In this document: positions 38,461-51,625 of the stretch, piece by piece
How the letters are laid out: each line of letters starts with the position of its first letter
How positions within the stretch are numbered: the stretch's first letter is position 1
Source: Octopus sinensis
Taxonomy: Eukaryota
Length of the DNA stretch: 64,000 nt
Direction: 5' to 3'
Assembly: GCF_006345805.1 (NCBI RefSeq)
Contig: NC_043004.1
Coordinates: 62,372,001 to 62,436,000 of the forward strand
Notes under the pieces: model-generated
Database searches by the model: none
The model's input: the letters and a program-made list of their open reading frames with translations, nothing else
What the model was told of the DNA's origin: nothing
Program-made: the position numbers and the translations under genes

Positions 38461-39428
38461 TTGCTTGGAACGAAACCTAAGGGAATAACATCTGAACATT
38501 CGTACTATGTCATAAAACCATTACAATCTAACAGAACAGGTAGCATTGCTGGAAAATGGGCTTCTATGTAACGAACCGTTTTATACAATAAATTGTCATT
38601 GTAAAGTTGCACTCGAGAAATTAGGAGTTCAAATCTAGGTATAATTTCAACTTCTAATTGAAATCTACACATCTACCTGATTGTCGTGACTATTGGAAGA
38701 AGGAATCCAAAATTCATCGTTATAGATATAAAAGAGGCATATTAGATAAAGCCGAAAATAAAATGCAAACAAACGAATACTTGAGTAGTAAAAAGTAAAT
38801 ATTTATTGGAAGATTTTTGTAGAATTTTATTAATAGATTCATACTTTTAAGATAACATAATTTACCATGTAACTCACTTGACATTGAATTTTTCTTGATC
38901 GATCGGACGTGTTTGCTAAACACAGTCTTTTATTGTGCCAAAGTCACAGCGGTACTGCAAGATAACATAAACGATATGGAAAATTACACGAGTTCATTGG
39001 AAGCCATTATGCAAACCACCAGGGTTCTTTCAAACAAACTGATAAAAACAATCCCACTAAATTGGGTAGAAGTGTATGGGATCGGAATACCAACTGCTCA
39101 CTACATACACTCGAGTATAGAAAAGTGGAGGAATACGCACCAGATATAGATGGACAAAAGCCATGCAAGTGATCTACGTGGCTGAAAAACTGCACATCCT
39201 TTCTAGGGAGTACCGACAATTCAGTGCCGACAATTCAACGTAGAGACAATTCAGCGCATGTACTAAATGTAATTTATTATTGCATTATATTTGTGTTGGC
39301 TGTATATCTAAAACACATGTACATGCAACCTACAAACACAACTGTCATAGAAGAAATTGAATATATTTAAAGAAAAAACATATATACACATGAAACATAA
39401 ACCAGCAAAAGAATATAAAGATTTATGT

Positions 39429-39813
39429 GGAGGCGCAATGGCCCAGTGGTTTGGGCAGCGGACTCGCGATCATAGGATCGCGGTTTCGATTCCCAGACCG
39501 GGCGTTGTGAGTGTTTATTGAGCGAAAACACACTAAACGCTCCACGACGCTCCGGCAGGGGATGGTGGTGATCCCTGCTGTACTCTTTCACCACAACTTT
39601 CTCTCACTCTTACTTCCTGTTTCTGTTGTACCTGTATTTCAAGGGACCGGCCTTGTCACTCTCTGTGTCACGCTGAATATCCCCGAGAACTACGTTAAGG
39701 ATGCACGTGTCTGTGGAGTGCTCAGCCACTTACACGTTAATTTCACGAGCAGGCTGTTCCGTTGATTCGGATCAACCGGAACGCTCATCGTCGGTACCGA
39801 CGGAGTGCTTCCA
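39429..39813 (+). mobile_element. Arg-tRNA-type SINE, tail A, full length
   Basis: Very similar to 11354-11716; ends 'accgacggagtgcttcca'. Confidence 0.9.
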
Positions 39814-40484
39814 TCCATAAAGATATATATATACACACACACACACACTTACGAAACATTTGAATCTTGTATGGGAATTTAACTAGCTGGTTGAAAAGTT
39901 TTCCTCTATTTTATCCCCAAAAGAACCCTTACACTAAGTTCAATAAGATGCCCTGTGCTGATTTGTCTATGCACTGAATTATCTAGCGCCGAATAGTTGC
40001 ATCACATTTTTCTAGATCAATTAATTCCGCACTGGTACTTACATTAAGCAGCGATATTTTGAAACAATGCATGCACATGGACAAATACCTTATCTTGATC
40101 TGGAGGACACCAATCTTCTGAAGATTGTGCAGATATCTCGCAAATGTTGACCACCTTTCCGTTATATTATTCTACACCGTCTAAATTTATTGACATTTCT
40201 ACACAAAAACGGGGCCCAAATCTTCGTTTTGTGACCTTTCTTTTCATACTCGTTTTTTCTCACGATTTGTCCTACACCACTGAGATTGAAGGATTGCATG
40301 GAAATACACGTCATATACAAATATGCCAAATACACACGCACACACATGTATATGTATAAATATATATATATATACATATACACAGATATATATGTATGTA
40401 TACGTATATACATATGCGCACACACTCACACATACACACATGTATATATATATATATATATATACATACATATATATTCACAAT

Positions 40485-40556
<72 letters not shown>

Positions 40557-41230
40557 TAATTAGTATATATATACTTAAATCTAATTATCACTCTCACGAG
40601 GATTTCTTGCCGTCGATATGGGTCTCTTCGTTAACGTCTCATTTATTTATAATCATGTTTTGAAACGCATTTGTCATTATGTCATGACTGAAGCTTGTGA
40701 TCTGGTACTAATTTTACAATTTATTTATGTTCACGTTCCTTTCACCTGCTGTTCTCGGCTAGGTTTTTGAAAAGAAATGAGACCATCACCTCTTGTACAC
40801 TTTATGGAGACTCACCTTCAGTACTGAACGTTGTAATCTATATTTATTATTTATCATAATTTAAGCTATATGATAGAGAAGGGATTCTTTTTAGTCATGA
40901 AACTGCAAAATGTTTCTTGTTATCCGTGATATTGTTTACGTTCAGGATACAAGTGGTATATGGGCATACGTTGTGAAGAGAACTTGCATACGTCGATTTG
41001 TCAATCTTTTTACTTTGCAATGATTATGCTTTCCAATGACTGATTCATTTCTCATGAACATAGTTCTAACTAATACATCAGATTTACGGCCTCTTCATAC
41101 AGTTCATAATTTACTTAATGTAATCTCTCAAGCTGATGTTTATGATGTTGATACCGCATCAAAACCTCTCAGATACTTTGTGTCTGAGACATGAGTCTAC
41201 ATCTCTGCGTATCATCATACACAGTCGCAT

Positions 41231-41265
<35 letters not shown>

Positions 41266-41656
41266 TAAGTTCAGACACACACAATCTCACACAAACATAT
41301 GTGTATTTGTGCCGGCATGAATATATAGATATGAGCGCACACACACACATGCACACATTCACACACACACACACACACACACGCATTCTTGTAGTGGCCA
41401 CAACAAGCACGTTTTATATATAAATTTTATACTGATTCTTAAAGAATCTAAGATTCTATCGCAGCAACTTTTGCACATCTTATCTGATCAAAACATTTAC
41501 GTCACTCTAGTTTTTCTTGACCTTCGCACCATCGCATTAATAAAACACTGAATATACTAATAAGAATACGAAATGCATTCAACTGTAAAAGAATAGAAAC
41601 ATGTACATAGAATATATAACGTCACTGTTCAATAAAAGCGAGTGCTGTTGTGTATA

Positions 41657-41710
<54 letters not shown>

Positions 41711-42525
41711 GCGGGGAGAAAGGGAGAGACGAGGATGGAGAAAGGGAGATCCGAATACTAGTATTGGAGAAACACGTTAATATAACCGATACTTAATAGA
41801 TATACGTCTACATAAATTTCACTAGATTTATAATCAAAGGACATTTTCCAAAATGTTGTTCTGGTTCTTGATACTCTCTTTTACTTGTTAAAAATGTACA
41901 AATACAAATAAGAGAATAATGTTGATGTTCTGTTTTTTTTTTTTAAGTCATTTTGAAATTTTTCTTTCGGAAAGTTCACTGTACATTCGCTTCTTTTTTT
42001 TCTTTTCTGAAGTTTTAAATATTGAAATTGCTTATAATGTAATGTGCCTTTGCATGCATGTCTTGCATGAGTAGATGCATAATTAGCCATAGTCACATAC
42101 ACGCATGCGTGTGTCTGTTTATAAGCGTATCAATGTACACTTACATATACACATGAAGTACGCATCGCATGAAATAGGTATCCGAGGGAATGTATAATTT
42201 TATGAATCAAAACGAGTCTAACAAAAGCCAAACGTGTTTTCATGATTTGTTCACATATTCTCGGTAACAATTTTCATCAGATTATTCTATGAATTGAAAT
42301 TCAGTTTCTATGTCTTCAATATACGATTGTAAGCCTTGACTACATAGTGCTTATTCATTTAGGACATCACCGTGTGCCTATATGTACCACATGCCGATAT
42401 GAGAGGTTAAGTGATGGTAAATGAACCGTAAAAACTGTGTCCTAACAAGATCTACTTTCAAGTGAGGATAAATTAACGCATACATTTACACACATACACA
42501 CACTTATACATACACTCACTCACAC

Positions 42526-42580
<55 letters not shown>

Positions 42581-42594
42581 ATACATATATATAT

Positions 42595-42626
<32 letters not shown>

Positions 42627-42633
42627 TATATAT

Positions 42634-42673
<40 letters not shown>

Positions 42674-44464
42674 CACATACGTATATATGTATGTATGTAT
42701 ATATATATGACCTAAAGTTTCGACATATTTATATGACATACATTTGTCTCCAAGCTGTCCTTGAAAGTGAAGTGAACATACACGCTCTGCAAAGCAGCAC
42801 GACGTTCTATAAAAAAAAGAAAAACAATAAAGAAAATAATGAGAAAACGTGAAGGTTGATGTAAATAGCGGAACGAGAAAGTGAAAGGAAAATATAAACT
42901 GGAAAAGAAGGTAAGGAAATAAAGAAAAGAAAAGCAAGCCAAAGGTAGCTCCATTTTGCCTATTGAAATTATAACTGATCCACTTGGTGTAGAGTATTCA
43001 CAGACAAGGAGGTGGAAGTCCGCAAGAGGGCTGCCGAATCCAGAGAGGCTGGTACTCTCTACTTCACTTAAATAAAATTATCATTGTGCCACTTTTGGAG
43101 CTGGAATGAAATGGCGTAGTGCATTTCATAGATCTAAAGAGAATGTGTTATCTTTTAGCTACAAATAACCAGCATCACTTTGATCCATTTACAAATAGCG
43201 TATATCTATCCACGATGTTCTACTTGATTGTATGTAGCATTGCCAGCCAACTTAATGGCTAAACCAGTCACAAATGTTTAGGTTCCTGAAATATATCTTT
43301 TATTCTCGGTCATCTTATTACCCACGATATCATGAGCAGTGTTCTTAGTAAAGGAAATGCAGACTTCTAACTTCCTTTATTATATTATAGTTAGTGAAAG
43401 AATAGTAACTGAGCATACTTATCAGTATATTATCATTGTATTATCAGTATATTACTCTTGTGAAACCAATAGAAATATTTTTATCGCTTTCAGATCCCCG
43501 TTGACTATATAATATGCTAAAAGAAGGAATTAATTGAAATTAAATGATTGTTACCATATGAGCGGAGAATAGCAATATAGAAATTGACAACTTTCTAATT
43601 GTTGCAAGGTTTTATTTAAAGAAGGACTGCATTTAAGTGGAAGCCCCTCTCGGTAGTGTTTGAAGTGTATCGATTGGAGAAAGAACATTATATATTATAT
43701 AACACTATAAGGATACCGCAATAAACATAAAGCATTCAAAACGTTAACTATGGTAATCATTGAAAGTGAATGAAAACCTTGCCAAAGAACATGTGGTCAG
43801 CGAGTAATGTTCGAATTCTGGTGAACAATGACATTCGCCACGGCATGTACATACGGAAGAGAGGTCAATTCATGTCGGTAATGATTCATTAAATCCTGCT
43901 AGAAATTGTTCCGTCCAAAATTACTGTAAGTCACGCATATAATTGATGTTATTCAGGTTAATCACGTACACATAAGGAATATTAAGGAAAATTTTAAGTA
44001 ATATACAGCACACTATACGGTTATATAGGATCATATTTGAACGCTGCTGTCGATCAAATCCATTACCAATTATTGTCCTTCAAACAATTGTACACATGGT
44101 CACTTAAATCTATCACTGAACTGTGCGATGGAACTATGAGTGTCTTAGCGGTCCCTAGCATAGCCATGAGATTCACAGCAGATGTGCACTTCCAGTCCAT
44201 CGCGCGATGGTGCAGCTATTTCCTGTACATCAATGGACACAACATTCGAATCCCACATGAGATGTAGGACAAATATAGTATCTTAATCAATACACTAAGC
44301 GCAAAGACGGAAATTGTCGTGTCTGCCCACTGCGTTACATGTGTTTGGGTATGCTTCGTTCAACCGGTGATCTCTTAGGCCTAAACACATTTTGAATGCA
44401 CCATATAATTTGTACCTACACATTGGTTTCAACACAGCGGAAAACATTTGGAATTTTAAATGGG

Positions 44465-44668
44465 AGTAGGAGTGGCTGTCAATAGGTGTCGGAGTGGCTG
44501 TTTATAGGCCTGGGAGTGCCTGTCTGGTAAGTAGCTTGCTAACGAACCACATGGTCCGGGTTCAGTCCTAATACATGTCATCTTGGGCAAGTGTCTTCTA
44601 CTATAGCCTCGGGCCGACGAAAGCCTTGTGAGTGGATTTGGTAGACGGAAACTGAAAGAAGTCCGTCG

Positions 44669-44728
<60 letters not shown>

Positions 44729-44900
44729 TATGTGTGTGTGTGTGTTTATGTCCCCGTCACTTAGCGGTTCGGCAAAGAGACCGATTAGAATAAGTAGTAG
44801 GCTTTCAAAGAATAAGTCCTGGGGTCGATTTGCTCGACTAGAGGCGGTGCTCCAGCATGATCACAGTCAAATGACAGAAACAAGTAAAAGAGTAAATGAA
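44465..44900 (+). mobile_element. Composite CORE-like SINE with a reiterated 5' end
   Basis: Three 'ggagtg(g/c)ctgt' starts, then head, CORE-like block, internal (TA)n(TG)n and tail 'aaatgacagaaacaagtaaaagag'. Confidence 0.85.
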
Positions 44901-47900
44901 TAACCGCGCTGACTATATCTTCCCAGGTGTATTCTTTATACGTCAAAAATCATAAAAAACTGTGAACTTGATCGAACATACACCAACATGTGCTTTAAAT
45001 ATGTTGGCTTTTATGCTCTATGCAAATCCACCGAGTATTTAAATTTACTCATTCTTCGTTTTTAAGAATACTAAAGATCCATAGTTTGAAAATATATGTG
45101 TTTATGAACATGTGTAGCACCATCAATTTCTCCTTCATCCAATTCATTTCTCTCCCACTGAAATTATTCTCGATAGGATCCCTCTCACACTTCACTGTAA
45201 TTTAAAGTCGCTCTCTTCCCTCTTATTGTGTAGTCTCAGTTTCCATTACCCTTAATATTGTAATTTACCGAAGAAGAAAAAATATTAGAACAGACGCACA
45301 CATAAAGGCGTTTTCTACATTTGTGTATATGTTTATGTGCATGAGGGTGTGCTTGTGTACGTGAGTGTGTGTGTGTGTATGTGTGTGCGTGTGTTCGTAA
45401 ATGTGTGTTAAAAAATTGAGAATGCTTTTATAAATTAACTCTAACGTCCAGAGACACTATGGTTTTGATAAATGGAAATTTGATATATTTTTGTTATTTT
45501 ATGTTCTATGATTGTAGTATAGATGTATTCGCTAGCGTATTCCTTTTCATAATTATATACTATTTCTCATTATTGTTTTTGCATGCTTCCTTGGTACGCC
45601 TTATACAAACAAACATAAGGCATTAATGCCTTAGAGTGTGTCCCAATAGTATAATAAATTCACACGAAAAAAAGACATTCCATAATGAAATCTACATAAA
45701 GCTACAATTGACCTTAACGTAACAATATTTCTCTATATCTATTTTTCTTATCGAATTAATCGTTTTGTTTACGGCGATATAAAACTGAAGCAAGTTGGCT
45801 TACTGATGAAACAAAAAGATCGAAGAAGCAAATACTGCTGTAGACAATACATTCCTATTCAGGAACATAGAAAATGGCAGAAAATATATGTAGCATACAG
45901 TTATATACACCCTTATATGAAGGTTTTAGCGATAATTCTAAAGGAAGAAGGCACAAAAATTACCTCACTTTTTGCCACTGCATATCAATACGAAGGACTG
46001 CAAATCTAAATTCCTTCTTCACCACACACGCGAACAGTTTAGTACCTCCAAACGTGAGAAAGCACATTTATAGGGTGTCTGTGACGCAATTAATTCTAAT
46101 AAATGCAGTGCTTATTGTCCGTAAGAATATCATAGCCGCTGTTATCAACTAATTCGCAGTAAAAAACAAAGGCTACGTAGGAGAAATTTACACATTTATT
46201 TGATTGACATTTTTCTTTCCCCAGCAACAACTATCTTGTTTGTGAGACCTGGACATCATCAAGAATTTTTCTTGGCCGCCATCTTCGCGAGAACTTTGAC
46301 TTGCTGCAGGAAAATTGGAGGAGAGGGAATATCCTGATTCATCACGCCAATTGTACTAGATACATTCATGAACGTAGCAAACGATTTTCGATTGCGACTT
46401 ACGCAGTATATCTCAAGCACGAAAAATTACCAAAATCCTTAACACGTGCCTAATTTTAAGGTGAATTACAATTAATTAGACAACATTGCTTTTGCCATCT
46501 TTTACCACGTTGTAAAAATGCATAAAATATTGTGTACTTCACTTCTAGCATTTGTTTGCATTACGCTTTTCTAAATACTAAGTTGAGAGTTAGCTCGAAC
46601 TGTCAGTCTTAGAATTCTGGACAAAAGGAAAAGTTCTCTTAGTATAACACCTGGAATGTGTTAGAACAATGCCTTTGTTTACTCATCCAGCGCAACTGTC
46701 GGATTTACGTCAAGGGGAAATTTCACATATGTAACCTGTCCGTTATATCCCTAACTAAAGAAGCATTAACTCATATTTCTCCTTTTGCTAAGCTTTCAGG
46801 TAATTTTATTCGATCAGCTCTTAATACTTAAATCATTAATTTTAGTGAATTTTTATTTCGCATTACTTTCAATATCCTTTGTACATATGATAACAACTCA
46901 GCACATTGTATGCGGTTGTACGCTGTATGTTGAATCATTGCTACAAAGCTATTGTTTGTAGTAATTATTCAGTGGAATCTCTCTTTAATATATTGTCCGA
47001 AGAAGCGATAATCGAAGGAACACGTAGATAAGGGAAGGCCGCATTGGGATAAATACATACATGCTTTATGTATGAATATACTCGATTAATCTAGTCCTGT
47101 GTTCAGTTTACATACACATCCATACCTAGTCACAACTAGCTACTATACTTTTTTAGAGAATTCTCAGTAACGTATTGCATCCATTAGAAGAGTTATGGTG
47201 GACCGTAAAAATTAGTGTCCCAGTATACGAAGTTAAGAGTTTCTGAGTAATTAGACTTTATGATTTAATATATTCTGGTAAATAGGCGTGTCCATCTCCT
47301 CTTTACGATCTTCTTACCTTTTTTTCATTTACAATACCTTCAAGGGAAATTGTGTCAGAATATACCAGACGAAGAATAACCAAGCAATGATCTAGATGAT
47401 GTGGAAATTAACCTCAATGAAAATAAACCTGACCATACATTCTGTGTAGACGAACATCAGACATTTTTTTTCAAAGCATTCATTTACATTTCTATTATGA
47501 GCTCACAGAGGTTGTACTGAAATTCAATTAATTTGTAAGTGGCAGTAAATCATCTCTCACTACGAGTTAATGAATCGAGAAGAAAAGTATACATGGTAAA
47601 TTGTATAGGTATGTTTAATTACCAAAAAAAACCATTGCAGTATATTTCAATTCACCAGCATGTTAGTGGTGATTTGGAGTTAGAGGTTCGAATCAAAAGG
47701 TTGCTAATTTATTTACTCCAAGTCTTAGTGGAGTTCAAGTCAAACGAAGGCCGACGTTATTTTCTGGTGTAGAAATAAACTACCAAACTAACGAATGAGT
47801 GTATTCAACACCCTAACTCTCTTCACTTTTTCGCAACTATCTCTTTCTATCTCTCCCATTCTCTCTCTAAATGTATTCATGTGTTTGTATATGTATGCAC

Positions 47901-47950
47901 ACACATTATAGATATGCATTTAAACATACATACACACACACACACGCACA

Positions 47951-48002
<52 letters not shown>

Positions 48003-48265
48003 TATATATATATATATATGCATATCTATACACACATATATATATATATTTATATAGATACTTGTAAATGGATGCGTTGCTTCCAATTAAATAATAAATA
48101 ATAAGAAATATGTATATATGTACATATATATGTGTTTGTATACATGTACATATACATGTATATATATCAACTTGACCGACCAGTTCGTCGGGCGTGCATT
48201 TCACACCGCTGGTCACAGCACGCTGTCGACTCCTCTCTGGATCGCGCATTGTATATTCATATATA

Positions 48266-49542
48266 CGAGGGGCGTTCAATAAGTAATGCCCCTGACCCAC
48301 TTCCCATAGCAGTAGAGCAAGGAAACTTGGCACAGTTATTAGTCTTTTATTACATAGGAACCACCCAAAGTTACGCATTTCTCCCATCGTTTGATGCAGC
48401 TCTGAAGACCGTTTTTGTAGAAGACCCCAGCTTGGTCCTCCAACCACGACGTGACTTCAGAAATCAAGGCTGCATCATCTGGGAAACGCTTTCCTTTCAA
48501 AAACAACTTCATGGCTGGGAAGAGGTGAAAATCAGAGGGTGCAGGTCAGGAGATGGGGGATGAGTCCATAGCCGCACGCCTGTGCTTCTGATCTGGCGAC
48601 ACGCGAGTTGTGGATCGCAGCGTTGTCCTGCAGGTGGAGGATGCCTTTGCTGATCTTGCCCCGCCTCTTGATTTTGAAAGCTTCACTTAATTTCCTCAAA
48701 AGTGAAGCATAATAGACTCCTGTAATTGTGGCACCCTTTGCCAAGAAATCTGTCATCACTACTCCGTCCTGGTCCCAGAAGACTGAGCATGACCTTGCCA
48801 GCGGAGGGCTGCACCCTTGCCTTCTTTGGAGGAGGTGAGTCACGGTGCTTCCACTGCATTGACTGGGCTTTAATCTCTGGATCGTTGTGATGGACCCAGG
48901 TTTCATCCTGTGTAATCAGTCTTTTGAAAAATTTTGACTCATCTTCTTGGCACATCTTCAAATTCATCCTCGCGCTATCGACGCGTTCTTGCTTCTGGGA
49001 AGGTGTGAGCAGCCTGGGAATCCATCTGGCAGACACCTTTTGCATATGCAAATGGTCATGAATGATAGTTTCCACAGACCCGGTACTAATCTTGACCTCA
49101 TGGGCTATTTGGCGAATAGTTATGCATCGATCTTCCAAAATGGCAGCCTCAACTTGACGGACAGATGCCTCATCAATGGCAGAAGGGGCGACCAGATCGG
49201 GGAGCTGTTTCCACAAAGTTCCGACTATGTTTGAATTCACGATGCTAGCGTTCTACAAGGCCATATGATGGGGCATCATCACCATAAGTTACTTTTATTT
49301 CATCAAAAGTCTCCCGTGGTGTGCGTCCTTTCAAATACAAAAACCGCATCACTGCTCGACACTCAACAGGCTCCGTTTCACACTTGACTCAGTTCAAACA
49401 CCTGTAAATCAGAAACCACAATTTGTTCAGAGCTGTAATTTGCCACTCCATCTATAGAGATATACGTAATTGCACATGCAAAATTGCAGCTAGATCAAAC
49501 AACTGCAAGTGGTCAAAGGCATTACTTATTGAACGCCCCTCG
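48266..49542 (-). mobile_element. Full-length decayed mariner DNA transposon (1277 bp)
   Basis: 32-bp TIRs CGAGGGGCGTTCAATAAGTAATGCC(CC/TT)TGACC with TA on both flanks; internal transposase pseudogene. Confidence 0.95.
48339..49376 (-). pseudogene. Mariner DD34D-type transposase pseudogene
   Basis: Motifs SGRP, ARWIPRLL, TQDETWV, LQDNA and (S)PDL.PSDFHLF. Start codon reads ACG, one TAG in the N-terminus, about 3 frameshifts (~49185, ~48783, ~48550). Confidence 0.93.
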
Positions 49543-49564
49543 TATATATATATATATACATATA

Positions 49565-50655
49565 CTAGCAGTTTCACCCGGTGTTGCTTGAGTTTGTTTC
49601 GACCCTTTAGATTTGGAATGTTTGAAAAGTAAAAATGTTGCATTATGCAAGTTGTTATTCTTCTTCAAGTGAACATTTTTCCAGTTGAAATACACCGAAA
49701 AATGGTGACACAGCAGTCAAAAATCGTAAAAAATAGGGATTTTCAGAGAAAAAAAAGCACCTCTTTGATGTAAATAATTTTTGGTGTTAACATGGTACGA
49801 TTTGAATTTTATCTCCTCCAGAATGAAGGCCAAGCCTTCTTCTATCATGCTTTCAATTTTGGTCAACTTGGGCTGCAGGGTTTCGAAGGAGATAGTGTTA
49901 GTTGAAGGCTATCAAACCTGCCACACACAGACAACTTCAGCTTTATATATATAGATTTGCTGCACACTACTTTCCATCCTTAATAATGAAATTTGGTTGA
50001 TCCAAAAGTTAAACACACAGGCACACACACATATACACACACTGACACACAAGTTGAGTTTTATATATATATAGATTTATCAACGGGGATTTCAGGGGAG
50101 AGTTTCAGGGAGTCGCTGGCGATGTATCGTGATGATCAAAAATCCGGTCTGCTAAAATTTGGTTAAAGTTATTCAAACTGCAGACTCAACCCAAAATGGT
50201 CACATTTATTTCAAAGCGTTAAAAATGTTATGAAAACAATTGGTATGTGTTCACAAAGTCCAAACGATTAATACGAAAAAACTCTCCAGGCTACATCCCG
50301 AAAATTCATTTCTTTGCCGAATTTCTACAATGTTTACGGCGATTCGTTTTTCTATCTTGATTCTTTTTTTTTTTCATGCAATTTACGCATGCTTGCACGC
50401 GTGGTGAACCCAGTTCACGTCAAACAGCTGACTGAGTAAAGTTCACTATTCAATGCATGGGATAAGGCCTAAACAAACACACTATCGATTTTGCACTTGC
50501 GAGATGAATTTCTGAACAGAAATAGCGCAGTTCAATTTTCATTCACCTAAACTTTAAGTGACCCACTTTTGGTGGTTCTACGATTTGTTGGCTAGGAGGA
50601 GATGTGCCGGGAAGTTAAACACACAGACACACAAGTTGAGTTTTATATATATAGA
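49565..50655 (-). mobile_element. Composite non-autonomous Helitron-like element (one 3' end, three 5' ends)
   Basis: Minus-strand 3' CTAG|T at 49565, preceded by a degraded hairpin 'ctcaagcaacaccggg'. A|TCTATATATATAAA 5' ends at 49955, 50075 and 50655. Confidence 0.7.
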
Positions 50656-51429
50656 TATATAGATATATATATGCATATACAAGTTATTTTAATATTAATC
50701 ATAGCGTGAATTGATCTTTATTGTATCTTAATACACCATAATGGAAACTTCTGTATCACAAATAATGTTCCTTCGAATTTATTCAGAGAAGACCTACAGA
50801 ATCACGCCTTTGTGCTCGTGTAGTAAATTTATTATTTAACAGGAAGGAATGTTAGCGTTATTTGGACGATGGAAAAATTTCTTTTGAACGAAGATTTATA
50901 TCAAAAATTTTCCTATATAAGCATGCATTCGTTTACGTCTTAATTTGTTTGTTATTTAAGCTTCTGAAAGGAATTGTATATTCTTATCTATTTTCTTTTG
51001 ATGTATAATAGATATAACTCTTAAGAAATAGACAGTAAGAAAATATTACAATGTTTTATGTTTCGTTTAACACTGTTCAGTTTACTACAACTGGACAGGT
51101 TACTTCAAAATAATGAACATACAGATATATATCGGAAATTACTTTTTAAGGAAATAACGTGTGAATGAAGAATGTAGCTGGCATCACTAGTACAGGAAAT
51201 CATGTAGTCTCAAACACGCTATCCACAAATACATGCACATACACACACACACTCACACAGAAAAGTGAGAGATATGTAGGCTAAGCATGTATTTCGATTT
51301 CGTTGAGCGACATGAGTAGCAAACCTCCACAACCATTTACTCGTTTATATACCGCCATTGAATTAAACGTTCTATTACCCAATTATGATGTATACACACG
51401 TGCGCGCGCAATATCAAAACACACATATA

Positions 51430-51625
51430 TATATATACATGCACAAATATATACATTTTATTTTTTTTATTTCCTCTCCCTGTTTATTTCTATCTTCCTT
51501 TCTATCAAAGAGTGTAGGCTCGAAACGTAAAAGACTTTCTCACTACTCGATTGTTAAACTAATACATCTGTTTGTTGTTTTACACACCCGTCTTCGTCTT
51601 CTGTTTTTTGTAAATTCTCACTACA
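51430..51625 (+). mobile_element. Second copy of the 28075-28285 repeat, with a degenerate hammerhead (51497-51534)
   Basis: ccuuu CUAUCAA A gagu-guag-gcuc GAAAC GUA aaaga; shared 'ctaataca...tcttcgtctt' downstream. Confidence 0.55.
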
